DNA of 64,000 nt, from IMG/VR virus record IMGVR_UViG_3300042691_049071. One strand, written 5' to 3'. The notes under the pieces were generated by a model that saw nothing but the letters and a program-made list of their open reading frames with translations, did not search any database and was not told the origin of the DNA. Source of the stretch: an uncultured virus (IMG/VR IMGVR_UViG_3300042691_049071) (Duplodnaviria > Heunggongvirae > Uroviricota > Caudoviricetes). Within the stretch, counting starts at the first letter, position 1, and each line of letters begins with the position of its first letter. The position numbers and the translations under genes were made by a program. Positions 19,743-29,295 of the stretch are shown here, in pieces.

Positions 19743-20615
19743 CTAGAAGTTTGCGTAAACTTTGACAACCCTGTTGTTGTTGATGTCGGTTACAACATCC
19801 GAGCGGAAACTAGCGCGGGTCGAAGCATCGATCGCGCTGTTCGCATTGGTCTTCTGGGCGTAGCCCTTAGAACCAGCAGCAACAGAGATAAACACGGTAT
19901 CGGACTCAGCAATGCTGGTTTCCAAGGTAGGAACCCAAATACCAGAGAGATCACCCAATCGGCGTTGAACGTCAACAGCTAACTGGTTAGCTTCATAAGC
20001 CGTAGTTGCCGCAGGTCCAACTTGATCCTTTTGAACGGAAGTGTTGAGGCGGGTAATACCGCAAATAGCGGTAATTGCGTCACCACTATTGGGGAGGCGA
20101 ATACTGCCGCCGTTGAGGGTTCCAGGTACGCGAGGGGCTGCACCAGCAATCTTGGTGACAAACAAGCCAAAACCAATGCGAGATGGACTTGCCGCCGCTG
20201 TGGTTGGAGTGGTAGGCACGGTCAAAGGTGCTGCACCACCACCGCCAATCGTGACGAACATTGGAGTGTTGTCTTTGCGGTGCGTGAAGACCAAGGTGGA
20301 GGTGTTGTTTACTACCGAGGCAAGCTGGCTAGCACGAAGGTTGGCGCGGAAAGCATTAAACAGACCTGTGGCTAGATCAGCACGAACAGTTGTAGTAGTA
20401 GTAAAGGAAATGGTGATTGGGCTGGAGGAAGTTTCATCATCGTAAAGAGTGATGGTGTACACGGTAGCCGTAACAGGGGTTGCGGGGGTTGTAACCGTCC
20501 ACACTTCCTTAACATAGCCACTGTCGTTGTGATAGGCTTCAACGGAACCTACGCCCATGCCCTCAACCATTCCAGCGAGAGCCTGTGTGTAATACTGGCG
20601 ATAAACTTTTTGCAT
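19743..20615 (-). CDS. Capsid decoration/cement protein
   Basis: Lies between scaffold and MCP; ALAGMV..IGFGLFV..GIWV motifs; Thr-rich insertion. Confidence 0.7.
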   Translation of the reverse strand: MQKVYRQYYTQALAGMVEGMGVGSVEAYHNDSGYVKEVWTVTTPATPVTATVYTITLYDDETSSSPITISFTTTTTVRADLATGLFNAFRANLRASQLASVVNNTSTLVFTHRKDNTPMFVTIGGGGAAPLTVPTTPTTAAASPSRIGFGLFVTKIAGAAPRVPGTLNGGSIRLPNSGDAITAICGITRLNTSVQKDQVGPAATTAYEANQLAVDVQRRLGDLSGIWVPTLETSIAESDTVFISVAAGSKGYAQKTNANSAIDASTRASFRSDVVTDINNNRVVKVYANF

Positions 20616-20627
20616 TTTAAGTGGCTC

Positions 20628-22124
20628 CTATTTCTTGTTAGAACGAGTTAAGGGCTTGGCGTAGTTCTTGCCGTAGCGCTCGTTGTTGCGGGCTGCTGCA
20701 TCCTTCTTCTCTTCGGAATCTTTACGCTCAGTGCGACCAACCTTCACGACGGTCTCTAGGCGATCTGCGTAGCTAGACGCAGGAACAAGAGTTGCGTACT
20801 CAGCCGCGCTATCGAAACGAGCTTCGATGTAGCTATCATTGCGATCGCTTAAATCAACTTCAGGATGAATAGCCTTCAGTGCAGCGCGACGAATCTCAGT
20901 GGAGTCCATCGTGGTTTCAATGCCTGCATCCTCGATGTTGATGCCCTTGGAAGCAAGAAGTTCATGAGTCTTGCCAATTGCATCGAGGCGATCGGCAGTC
21001 TGGCGATTAATTTCTTCGGCAAGAAATTCACGGACTTCATCGGAGTCAAGAACGATCGCAAGGTCGGAAGAATCCATCTTCTTGCCCTTCTTCATCTTCT
21101 TCTTGATAAAGTTAGGCATTTCACCTTCAGCCTCTTCGTCATCGCCATCATCTTCGGCATCTTTGTTGTCGTCTTCTGACTTCGACATGTTGCCGTCCTG
21201 ACGGATGGTTTCGAGTTGGGTTAGGGTCTCGGTTAGCTCATCTTCAAGAGCGTCAGCACGACCCTTGGTGCGATTAACCTCGGAAGTAAGATCGGCGATC
21301 GCATCAGCCTTCTCTTTGAGTTCAACCTCAAGGGAATCTACGCGAGACTTGTATTTAGATAGTTCTTCGAGTTTTTGCGACAGGGGGTAGAGCGCGATGT
21401 CCTCCACCTGAAACTCGCCAGCGCCATCCACGCGCAATGTTTTTGTTTTCAAATCGGACATAGCGGAGCTACCCTCATTTTTAATTGTTGGAATAACGAC
21501 AACGCTGTTCGGAGTAGAGGCTTTAACCTGGATCGAGTCAAAGCGAACTAACTCAACAACCTCATCCTCATCGGTATCGGCACTATCGAGGTGCATCCTC
21601 ACAGCGCTCCCCCCGCGTGGATTATCGGTTGCGGCGCAATGGTCTGGTCGAATCTTGGTTTGAACGCGATCAAAATCGCCCCGATAGGTGATCTGGTCGA
21701 TCGCGTCGAACCATTCGCCATTCGGGGCTTCTACGATTTCGCATTCATATCCAAGAGAAAGACCGTTTTTTTTGCCTGCCTTTACGGACTGGGCAAAATC
21801 GGGGTTAGAGATTCGGGCAATATTCTGTACAACCCCCTCGTTATCGTTGTACTCACCCGCCCTTGTTAATTCACCAACAGCGCTATCTCGTTTTCCCCGC
21901 AATAGCGAAGATGGATGCTCGACAGTCATCGGCAATCCTTTTAGGGACTCAAGGAAGTCGCGATCGCGGTTTGCCGAAGCAGGTCGCAATTCACGAACTT
22001 TCTTCCCATCACCTCGAAAGTATGTCAATATGCCGTCACGACAAACCGTGCTGTACGCATACAGCCCGTCCGCACGTTCTTCGGTGCGGGTCGCGAAACT
22101 TACGTCATCAAAACGAAATGCCAT
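20628..22124 (-). CDS. DUF2213-type prohead protease/scaffold
   Basis: RDGILTY, SLKGLPMTVEHP, GLSLGY, QTKIRPDHCA..PRGG; acidic coiled-coil scaffold; SDRNDSYIEARFD. Confidence 0.9.
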   Translation of the reverse strand: MAFRFDDVSFATRTEERADGLYAYSTVCRDGILTYFRGDGKKVRELRPASANRDRDFLESLKGLPMTVEHPSSLLRGKRDSAVGELTRAGEYNDNEGVVQNIARISNPDFAQSVKAGKKNGLSLGYECEIVEAPNGEWFDAIDQITYRGDFDRVQTKIRPDHCAATDNPRGGSAVRMHLDSADTDEDEVVELVRFDSIQVKASTPNSVVVIPTIKNEGSSAMSDLKTKTLRVDGAGEFQVEDIALYPLSQKLEELSKYKSRVDSLEVELKEKADAIADLTSEVNRTKGRADALEDELTETLTQLETIRQDGNMSKSEDDNKDAEDDGDDEEAEGEMPNFIKKKMKKGKKMDSSDLAIVLDSDEVREFLAEEINRQTADRLDAIGKTHELLASKGINIEDAGIETTMDSTEIRRAALKAIHPEVDLSDRNDSYIEARFDSAAEYATLVPASSYADRLETVVKVGRTERKDSEEKKDAAARNNERYGKNYAKPLTRSNKK

Positions 22125-22288
22125 TGGCTCGATAACTCAGGTCAATGGCATTACTTTCTTGTTTTGTCAAGATGAATATTCGGTTTTATGGAAATTAGCG
22201 ATCGCCTTTCTTTAAATACGCTCAATACCGCCACAAATCCACCACAAATCCGCGTTTCAGTGCGAAAATCTGGGTAGAGTTACCAGTT

Positions 22289-22849
22289 TTGAATATGGCA
22301 GTAAAAAGTAAAGTTAAGCTCGGTGCGTATATCGGGCGAAGACTGGAACAGGAACGTACCGATGCCGACTACGGGCAGCAGGAAGTTATCGACGAAATCC
22401 ACAGAATCACCTCATCCCCAGAAGTTATTGCCGCATTAGAAATGTCTGTTGCCGCAAACCTGACAAAGTTTCGAGAGTTTCGGGGTAAACGTCAGAAAGA
22501 CTTAGCCGCAGATCTAAATAAACTGCGCGACACCTTGCATAGCACAGGCATAGACACTGAAGTATCTGGCGACGTGTCTTGGATGTCCAAGGTTGAGAAT
22601 AGCGATCGCATCATGCAGGCGGTCGAACTACGACTCTTTAGCCTCGCCTTGGGCGTACCGATGGAGGCGTTCTTCCCCGATGAGTTAAATGTCTTGGCGG
22701 AGAGTAATGACCCGTTCGCTCCTTACCGATATCTGGGACGCAGTATTGAAGGTATTCAAAAGTATCGACATGTCAGCCGCAACAAAATCGCGATCGTTTA
22801 TTGTTCAGAAGGGTTGTCTTTGCCTGATGGTGTGGGGAAATACTTATGA
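22289..22849 (+). CDS. XRE-family HTH regulator with C-terminal extension
   Basis: NLTKFREFRGKRQKDLA...SWMSKVENSDR...LFSLALGVPMEAFF. Confidence 0.75.
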   Translation: MNMAVKSKVKLGAYIGRRLEQERTDADYGQQEVIDEIHRITSSPEVIAALEMSVAANLTKFREFRGKRQKDLAADLNKLRDTLHSTGIDTEVSGDVSWMSKVENSDRIMQAVELRLFSLALGVPMEAFFPDELNVLAESNDPFAPYRYLGRSIEGIQKYRHVSRNKIAIVYCSEGLSLPDGVGKYL

Positions 22850-23079
22850 GTCTTCATTCAAGTCCCGAATTCACTGGTACAATCATTCGAGAAAGCCATG
22901 AGAGTGGCGTTTTGCTAGTCACGGTCGTAGAGTTACCAGGCCTAGTCTTAGTGCTCAACTCCCATAGCGAAGAAGAAATCGTATTGCCCCAAGCTATTAG
23001 ATCGTATCTAAGTCTTGAGGAGCAATTGAAGATTAAGCGATCGCGAACCAAGGTCACAGCAGCAAAAATATCTATCTAA
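22846..23079 (+). CDS. HicB-like small protein
   Basis: ESGVLLVTVVELPGL..SEEEIVLPQAIRSYL resembles the HicB N-terminal domain; ATGA overlap. Confidence 0.5.
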   Translation: MSLHSSPEFTGTIIRESHESGVLLVTVVELPGLVLVLNSHSEEEIVLPQAIRSYLSLEEQLKIKRSRTKVTAAKISI

Positions 23080-23106
23080 TTCCGATCTGAATCACCCGAA
23101 GAAACC

Positions 23107-25011
23107 ATGTCCTATGAAGCCCTGCCGTCGGGAAGCTTAGTTAAAGCTCCCATCGATCTGATCGAAACTCATCCACAGAACCCCGCTCCTATATCACAGA
23201 GGTATAGTGAAATATTGGGCTATCCCGTCAGAGTTGAGGATGCTCAGGTCGAGTCCTTGATTGAACTGCTAAGGGCGGAGGGCTACAACCCCAATAAGCC
23301 TATGCTGCTCAGACCAGTTAGCGATCGTCTCCAAGCCGTTGAGGGCAACCACCGATTTGTGGCGATGTGGATGCTCACCAAGGTTCTCAAGGAATTTGAG
23401 CAGGACTATATTCCCGCGATCGTGGAAGACCTATCCGAAGAGGACGCTCTAATCAAGTTAAGTACGCTCAATACTCAGCGCAGGATGGAGGGTTGGCGGT
23501 TAGCTCGATTGGCTTACTACACTTGCGTTGAGAAAGGTATGTCTCAGCCTGAGTATGCGGCAAAGGTGGGGTACGTCCTTGAAGGCGGAAAACCAAATGG
23601 TCCACGAATTTCTAAGTTGATTCAAGCCTGTCGATTTGTTGACTATATTTCCGCCAACTCGCCAGTTGAAGAGCTACAAGATGTCGAGGTCTTAACTGAA
23701 CCGAAAAATGGCTTATTTAGGTCGGTCGATCGCGTCGCTGAATTTATGTACTTCGATCAAGAGGACTGGTTATGGATTGCGGAGTTCTACCTCCGCCACC
23801 ACATGCAGATCTCGGCAAGGCAACGGGTCAATCTAGCCAAAGCAATCAAAGATACAAAGGATTTGCTTAACAGGTCTACCTCCTACCCCGATCGCTGGAG
23901 CCAATGGCTTCGATGGGAATATATACGCGGAGAGGTGGCTAGTCAGTGTGCGGCGAACGAAGAATCACAGCTAGCCAAAAGTTTGTTGCCTCAACTAATC
24001 TCCGAGGCGAATAAAACTTACGAGTCGGATGACCTGCCATTTATTCATAACTATCACGAAGTTACTGGTAACAGGGTTGAAGAGAGAACCGCCAATCTCA
24101 AGGAGGAGTTTCGTACTGAGTTAATCAAGCAGATCGAAGGGCGTAGCGCCAAGTTTTACAGGCTTGTTGATGTTGCCGAAGCTGCGCGAACTGTAATCGA
24201 TCGCTATGCGTTTATCGAACAGAAATACGAGAACTTTAAGAAGATCGGAAATACGGTACATATCGAGCAAGAGATTGTTGCGATCGCACCTCCGACAACC
24301 TCAAAGCCAAAATCCACACCAACAACATCTACGCGATCGCCTATCACGGAACCAAAGCCTAAACTCGACACCGAAAAACGAGTATGGATTGAGGAGCAAT
24401 ACCAACCCAAAGGTATCGTTTCTTCCCTAGAAGACTACACCTTTCATGATGGCAAACAGTACGGGCTGATATTTTCTCGCCTTGGTAATAGCGGCATGGA
24501 GGACTTCTTTCAAAATACCGACTATATCTATAGAACACTCACCGAGGGCGGAGTATTCGCTTTAATATTGCCGCATAAATACTCCTTCGCGGTAATTGAG
24601 GAGCTTGAGTATAAGGTAGCTAGCTCTAGTCGCTTACACCTTCGAGGCTTGGATGGCGGTATATATTCCGACGATGAAAAACCAAGGTTAGCGATCGCTG
24701 CTTCAAACCGTACATTAATCCATCAAGAGTACGAAGAATTATTGTTGTTCACTACGCAGGATGATACTCCTCTGCCATTGCGATCGCCCCTCCCTCGGAT
24801 GGCACTAGAACCAGTTCACGATATCTTGACCGCTTTTGGCGATCCTAACGAGCCGTTTTTAGACCCATTTGCTTTCAGTGGCGAGGTCGTAGTTGCGGCA
24901 AAAAGTTTGGGCTATCGGTGTGATTATCTTGTGGCGAACCCAACTCAGTTAGATTTAGTCGCTCGTTGGTGCGATCGGACTGAGTTTCCTGAGAGTTTAT
25001 TTAAAGCATAA
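23107..25011 (+). CDS. ParB-N domain protein fused to a degenerate DNA methyltransferase-like domain
   Basis: IETHPQNP, LQAVEGNHRF, IPAIV. C-terminal FLDPFAFSG..AAKSLG (motif I-like); no clear DPPY. Confidence 0.7.
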   Translation: MSYEALPSGSLVKAPIDLIETHPQNPAPISQRYSEILGYPVRVEDAQVESLIELLRAEGYNPNKPMLLRPVSDRLQAVEGNHRFVAMWMLTKVLKEFEQDYIPAIVEDLSEEDALIKLSTLNTQRRMEGWRLARLAYYTCVEKGMSQPEYAAKVGYVLEGGKPNGPRISKLIQACRFVDYISANSPVEELQDVEVLTEPKNGLFRSVDRVAEFMYFDQEDWLWIAEFYLRHHMQISARQRVNLAKAIKDTKDLLNRSTSYPDRWSQWLRWEYIRGEVASQCAANEESQLAKSLLPQLISEANKTYESDDLPFIHNYHEVTGNRVEERTANLKEEFRTELIKQIEGRSAKFYRLVDVAEAARTVIDRYAFIEQKYENFKKIGNTVHIEQEIVAIAPPTTSKPKSTPTTSTRSPITEPKPKLDTEKRVWIEEQYQPKGIVSSLEDYTFHDGKQYGLIFSRLGNSGMEDFFQNTDYIYRTLTEGGVFALILPHKYSFAVIEELEYKVASSSRLHLRGLDGGIYSDDEKPRLAIAASNRTLIHQEYEELLLFTTQDDTPLPLRSPLPRMALEPVHDILTAFGDPNEPFLDPFAFSGEVVVAAKSLGYRCDYLVANPTQLDLVARWCDRTEFPESLFKA

Positions 25012-25038
25012 AAAAGGGTCTCAGTTGAGACCCTTTTT
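25011..25038. terminator. Bidirectional intrinsic terminator
   Basis: AAAAAGGGTCTCA-gt-TGAGACCCTTTTT between convergent genes. Confidence 0.85.
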
Positions 25039-25049
25039 ATTGGTGTAGT

Positions 25050-25802
25050 TTAGTCGAAGAACTTTCTGACCGCCGCTTCTATGTCTTTGTTGGGCATCGG
25101 GTAGCACCAGATCGGCATCATCCGACCGTTGCAAATTCTTTCTTCTTGCTTGCCAAGATCCCCACAAGTCGCCTTTACGAACTTGCCGAGAGTAGTACGG
25201 CTCTGAGTAGTCACGGGCAACTTCAAGGACTCTGCAATCTCTACGGCTCCCATCCACTTTGTCTCTGAGGCTGGAGCAATCGCTTTGATAACAGCCATTG
25301 CGTCGTTGATCACAACATCTACAAGCATTTGACATAGGCGAGGATCGGTATCGGCAAGCATATCCTTGATCTCGAAAACCGACTTCGCTGTTTCGAGTGC
25401 AATTACACGAGAGGGTAGCGCAGGAGACGGAGTTGAGGTAGGAACTGAAGGGGTTTCATATTTGCCAGTCTTGCGAATACTTGGAAGAACTTCTTCGCAG
25501 ACCCAATCTTGGAAAGGCTCGGCTTGCGGTTTGCGAGACTTCATTGTGAGACGATACAAACCAGATTCGGAGATGGCTAGAAGCCTTGTGATGTCTGGTT
25601 CGTTACTTAAAGTGATACCCCTCTCCTTCAAGTTTAGCACCTGCTTTTCGCGATCTTTTAGGGGATTGCACGCCTTGCTTACGTTCTCCAGATCCAAGAT
25701 GTTGCAAACATCTTGGGCTACGAACCAAGGATTTCCGTTAATCATCAAGACCTTGATGCTGCTTCCATTAAAATCAAACTGCGTTAAACTTGTGTTGGAC
25801 GT
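25050..25802 (-). CDS. BRO-N domain antirepressor-like protein
   Basis: PWFVAQDVC, ISESGLYRL, SRKPQAEPFQDWVCEEVLPSIRKTGKY. The domain's first strand (FDFNGSSIKV) lies upstream of 25748; the apparent start codon is ACG at 25802. Confidence 0.85.
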   Translation of the reverse strand, partial: TSNTSLTQFDFNGSSIKVLMINGNPWFVAQDVCNILDLENVSKACNPLKDREKQVLNLKERGITLSNEPDITRLLAISESGLYRLTMKSRKPQAEPFQDWVCEEVLPSIRKTGKYETPSVPTSTPSPALPSRVIALETAKSVFEIKDMLADTDPRLCQMLVDVVINDAMAVIKAIAPASETKWMGAVEIAESLKLPVTTQSRTTLGKFVKATCGDLGKQEERICNGRMMPIWCYPMPNKDIEAAVRKFFD

Positions 25803-25899
25803 ATATCTAGCCTTTTTAGGTATGTGTTACGCGATCGCACCTTCAAAAACTTGCGATCGCTATCCCAGTATTGTACCTTGATTTTGTGGCGATTTTGTG

Positions 25900-26337
25900 T
25901 TAATCCTCGCGTAAATATTCATCCAGAATAATCCCGATCTCCACCTCATCCTCCTTGGAAATGCCCAAAAATTTACGCACGGGTAAACCCTCTAGTCCTA
26001 ATTGATGCTTCCGCATGTAGTCCACATTAGTACCTACAACCACACGATCTTTGGTTGCCGCATAGTTTATGGATGCCCGACCTCGACCTGATGCTTGGAG
26101 AATTTTGTCGATATACCCCTTAGCTTTCTTTAGCCGCCTTGTGTAGGATGTATTAGCCTTCCAAGGATTTCCGTCAGGATCAACCTCTTTCTCGAATCTC
26201 TGGTCTGTACTCAATAAAAGTTGCTGTCCGATCTCATTCATTACTGGAGTGAGGTCGGACGTTTTTTTGACAAGCTTTCGGAGTCGCTCTTGAATAGCTT
26301 TGTCGTCGTAAGCGAGTGAGACTATAGGTTCAGGCAT
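25900..26337 (-). CDS. Phage virion morphogenesis protein (Mu gp31/gpG-like)
   Basis: DLTPVMNEIG..RFEKEVDPDGNPW..ILQASG..VGTNVDY..HQLG..PVRKFLGIS. Confidence 0.85.
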   Translation of the reverse strand: MPEPIVSLAYDDKAIQERLRKLVKKTSDLTPVMNEIGQQLLLSTDQRFEKEVDPDGNPWKANTSYTRRLKKAKGYIDKILQASGRGRASINYAATKDRVVVGTNVDYMRKHQLGLEGLPVRKFLGISKEDEVEIGIILDEYLRED

Positions 26338-27037
26338 TAGTTTTGATCTGCTTTTTAACTTGGGTGCGAAGATCTGGAGACAACCGCTTTAGTCCTTGTT
26401 CCAATATTTGCGCCCTAGTCTTGGTGTCAGTACCACGCTTAAAACTAGGATTATCGATCAAAGTATCAGGATCTGGCGGGTTGTAGAGGATTTCGATACC
26501 GTTGCGTTTACAGTAATCTTCTGTAACACTCATGCAGGTACACTTACACTGAAATCCAAGGGGGAAAGAAATGGATTTCCAGAATGGGTGATCGGCAGGG
26601 ATGGCTTTATTATGCAAAGCCTTGTGAGTGGGTCTTGGTACAACGGAATCTCGATGCCGCCATAACCATAAAGGTCGCTTAGCCAGCATTTCAGGACTCC
26701 GCATCACCTTCTCCCTGCCCTGCCAATAAGACTTGTTGATGTTCGTATCAAATATCAACTTAATCCTCTGGCCACTCGGCTGATATCCTGCGCGACCAAT
26801 GCGACGATTAAAGCTGCGGGTGAACTGCTCAAAGGATGTGCCGTCCTCAAGGGCTTTGCCGATTAACCACTTAGTCGCTTCGAGTAAGTCAGCTCGCATT
26901 AAGCCAGATACCATAAATGCGTGGTCGTGAATACGAGCATCCAGTCCCTTGTAATCGGACAACGGGATGGCTAACCGATCGCGTAAAGCAGCGATCGCTT
27001 CAACAGGTTTTAGCTTGAGGTACTCAGGTGTTGCCAC
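26330..27037 (-). CDS. MuF / Mu gp30-like minor head protein
   Basis: HAFMVSG, RIKLIFDTN, PRPTH, DHPFW..FPLGFQCKC. GTG at 27037 overlaps the upstream TAG. Confidence 0.85.
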   Translation of the reverse strand: MATPEYLKLKPVEAIAALRDRLAIPLSDYKGLDARIHDHAFMVSGLMRADLLEATKWLIGKALEDGTSFEQFTRSFNRRIGRAGYQPSGQRIKLIFDTNINKSYWQGREKVMRSPEMLAKRPLWLWRHRDSVVPRPTHKALHNKAIPADHPFWKSISFPLGFQCKCTCMSVTEDYCKRNGIEILYNPPDPDTLIDNPSFKRGTDTKTRAQILEQGLKRLSPDLRTQVKKQIKTNA

Positions 27038-29295
27038 TAGCCCACCCTCCGAAGCTGGTCGCGAGTTTCCCAATAGGCTTCAAGGTAGGCTTCTGAGGGC
27101 GCGATCGCGTCGTTATTGGTTTTATTCTCAGGAACAAGGAGATCTAGTAGCTGGTCTTTTTTAGCTCCTTTCGGAATAGTTATGTTCCTAGCATCAAGCA
27201 GTTCTTTCAGTTTTGCGACAGTTAGTTTAGCGGCTTTTTCTCGTTCAGGGTTCGGAGTGTTGGCGATAGTAGTAGGTTGCGATCGCGTAGCATTCTGCTC
27301 ACCCGTATTAGCCGCAGGGGTTGACTGTTGGGATGCTGGCTTAACATACTTTTTGCCAACCATCGCCTCATGAAGGTTTGCCAAACCCTTACCTTCGGGA
27401 GTTTCTAGTCCTAAGACCTCTATTTCCTTGCTGATGAGGTTTGATAGTTTTGTTTTCTGCTCTGGGGTTGCTTTCTCAGCAAAGACATCTTGATCTGCTT
27501 GAGAAAATTTCTTCGTGTTTTGTAGCTCATAAGAGGCTTTTATACTTGAAATCTCATCAAAAACCTTGGAGATTCTCGCAGACTCTTCTTGTGCCAACTC
27601 TTTTTTGCTTTTAGGTCTAGTAGGGGGTTTATCGCTGGTGACTTCAGGAGGTGCTTCGGAGGTAACTTGTTCCTCTTCCTTGGGGGGCTTGCTACGCCCT
27701 TTTTTTGGAGTATCTTCTTTTGGTTTGATACCTGTGATCGCCGCTTTAAGCTCGGCAACGCCAGTCCTCTCCTCTTCGCTAGTAGCTCTAGCTTCTTTGT
27801 AGGCAACAGCATCATCCAACAATTTCTTGCGATCGCTTTCTGGATCGGTCAGTTTTTGTGCTTCAGAGATAAGCTTAGAAGTTTTTACCTGATCTAAATC
27901 TCTTACGAGCGTCTTACCGTATTTGTCGGTAACTAATTGGATTCGCCCACCACTATTCTTTGCCAAGTCTTCAATTTCTTGATCTATATCGGTGTTCTTG
28001 TACTGAGGTTTCTTTCTTAGCTCGCTAACTAATCCCGACTGAGCGACAAAACCATCTTCAGATATGTTTCGAGAGAGCTTTGCTGACAGATCGTCAACCA
28101 AGGTTCGCTTTTGCTGCCTTGTATTTTTTTCTGGCTGTGGAGTTTCTACGTCTGACTTTGGCGCTTGAGGCTTTGCTGACTTTTGTGGAGGCTGAGATTT
28201 AGCTTCAGGGTTTTTGAGCTTCTCGGCGATCGTCGCCTCAACCTCTGCTCTAGTTTTGCGAAAACGCATTTCGCCAACAGCGATAGGTGGATTGCCGTCA
28301 CGCAAATCGATTAAATATTTGTTTGCGCTGGGAGATCCAAGAGGTGAGCCATCCTTCTTATTGGTAGCACCCCTAAACTCGATCGCATCCTCAAGCCCAT
28401 AGTCCTTAAATTTGTCGTAAAGAGCCTGCATATCTAATGACTGACGATCTCGCCCAGCTTTTGTAATGCGCCCACCACCGATTCGGGATTTTACGTCCTC
28501 AATCCGAACAAAGCCTTCGTCCCCTTCAAAGTCAAGGGAAGAGACCTTTCTTTGAATATCTTCTGGGGAATACTGTTTTTCCTTTAAACTTGCTGATAGC
28601 GCCGATTCATACCCCCTGTTTTGAGAAATATACTTTGAATCGATAAGCTCCTTCTCGATCTTGTACCCTTCTTCCTGCTCTGGCGTTTTGATTTCTGGTT
28701 GCTGACTCTTAGGTGATTTTACTGGTGGCTGAGATTCCTTCTCCTCAACAATAGGCTGCACTTCCTTGATATCAGTATTTACGGGCTGAACAGGCTTATT
28801 AGCGATCGCCGCACCAACCCCCAACCCAACAGTCGCCGCAGCACCAACTCCCAGTCCGACATTTGTTACGTTATTCGACTCAGGAGAAGTTGGTCTTTGC
28901 CTGACAGGTTCTTGATATGGCTCACTAGACCTTCCAGCGTTAATCACTGCACCAGTCAATGCTAATCCACCAACCGCCAGTCCTGCCCCGATCGCCGCTT
29001 TACCCAAGAAACCCATTTCAGATCTTGGGCGAGATTCTTCCTGCGATCGCGCCAATGCTTTTTCCAGCTTAGAAGGAGGTAGCGCATTTACGCCCTGCCC
29101 TTGAGGAGCCTTTCGATAATAAAAACCACCTCTAACTCGCCTATCCTGAACGCAGACAAACCCCGCCCTTGGAGCACAAGCGTCGTAGCGCAGTTTCACT
29201 TCAAGGGCTGCGTCGATATACTCTTGAGGCATAACATCAAGAGTGATTTCGTCTAGGTATAGGCCCGCGAGGTAGTTCTTATCTAGGTCTGGCAT
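27037..29295 (-). CDS. Large charged putative cargo protein with Gly/Ala helices and C-terminal HeH-like motif
   Basis: EYIDAALEVKLRYDAC..CV; AAIGAGLAVGGLAL; LTVAKLKELLDARNITIPKGAKKDQLLDL. Confidence 0.7.
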   Translation of the reverse strand: MPDLDKNYLAGLYLDEITLDVMPQEYIDAALEVKLRYDACAPRAGFVCVQDRRVRGGFYYRKAPQGQGVNALPPSKLEKALARSQEESRPRSEMGFLGKAAIGAGLAVGGLALTGAVINAGRSSEPYQEPVRQRPTSPESNNVTNVGLGVGAAATVGLGVGAAIANKPVQPVNTDIKEVQPIVEEKESQPPVKSPKSQQPEIKTPEQEEGYKIEKELIDSKYISQNRGYESALSASLKEKQYSPEDIQRKVSSLDFEGDEGFVRIEDVKSRIGGGRITKAGRDRQSLDMQALYDKFKDYGLEDAIEFRGATNKKDGSPLGSPSANKYLIDLRDGNPPIAVGEMRFRKTRAEVEATIAEKLKNPEAKSQPPQKSAKPQAPKSDVETPQPEKNTRQQKRTLVDDLSAKLSRNISEDGFVAQSGLVSELRKKPQYKNTDIDQEIEDLAKNSGGRIQLVTDKYGKTLVRDLDQVKTSKLISEAQKLTDPESDRKKLLDDAVAYKEARATSEEERTGVAELKAAITGIKPKEDTPKKGRSKPPKEEEQVTSEAPPEVTSDKPPTRPKSKKELAQEESARISKVFDEISSIKASYELQNTKKFSQADQDVFAEKATPEQKTKLSNLISKEIEVLGLETPEGKGLANLHEAMVGKKYVKPASQQSTPAANTGEQNATRSQPTTIANTPNPEREKAAKLTVAKLKELLDARNITIPKGAKKDQLLDLLVPENKTNNDAIAPSEAYLEAYWETRDQLRRVG

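Noticed and set aside
23107..25011. Plasmid partition ParB indicating a phage-plasmid
   Set aside because: It is a ParB-N/methyltransferase-like fusion common in phages; no ParA was seen in the window.
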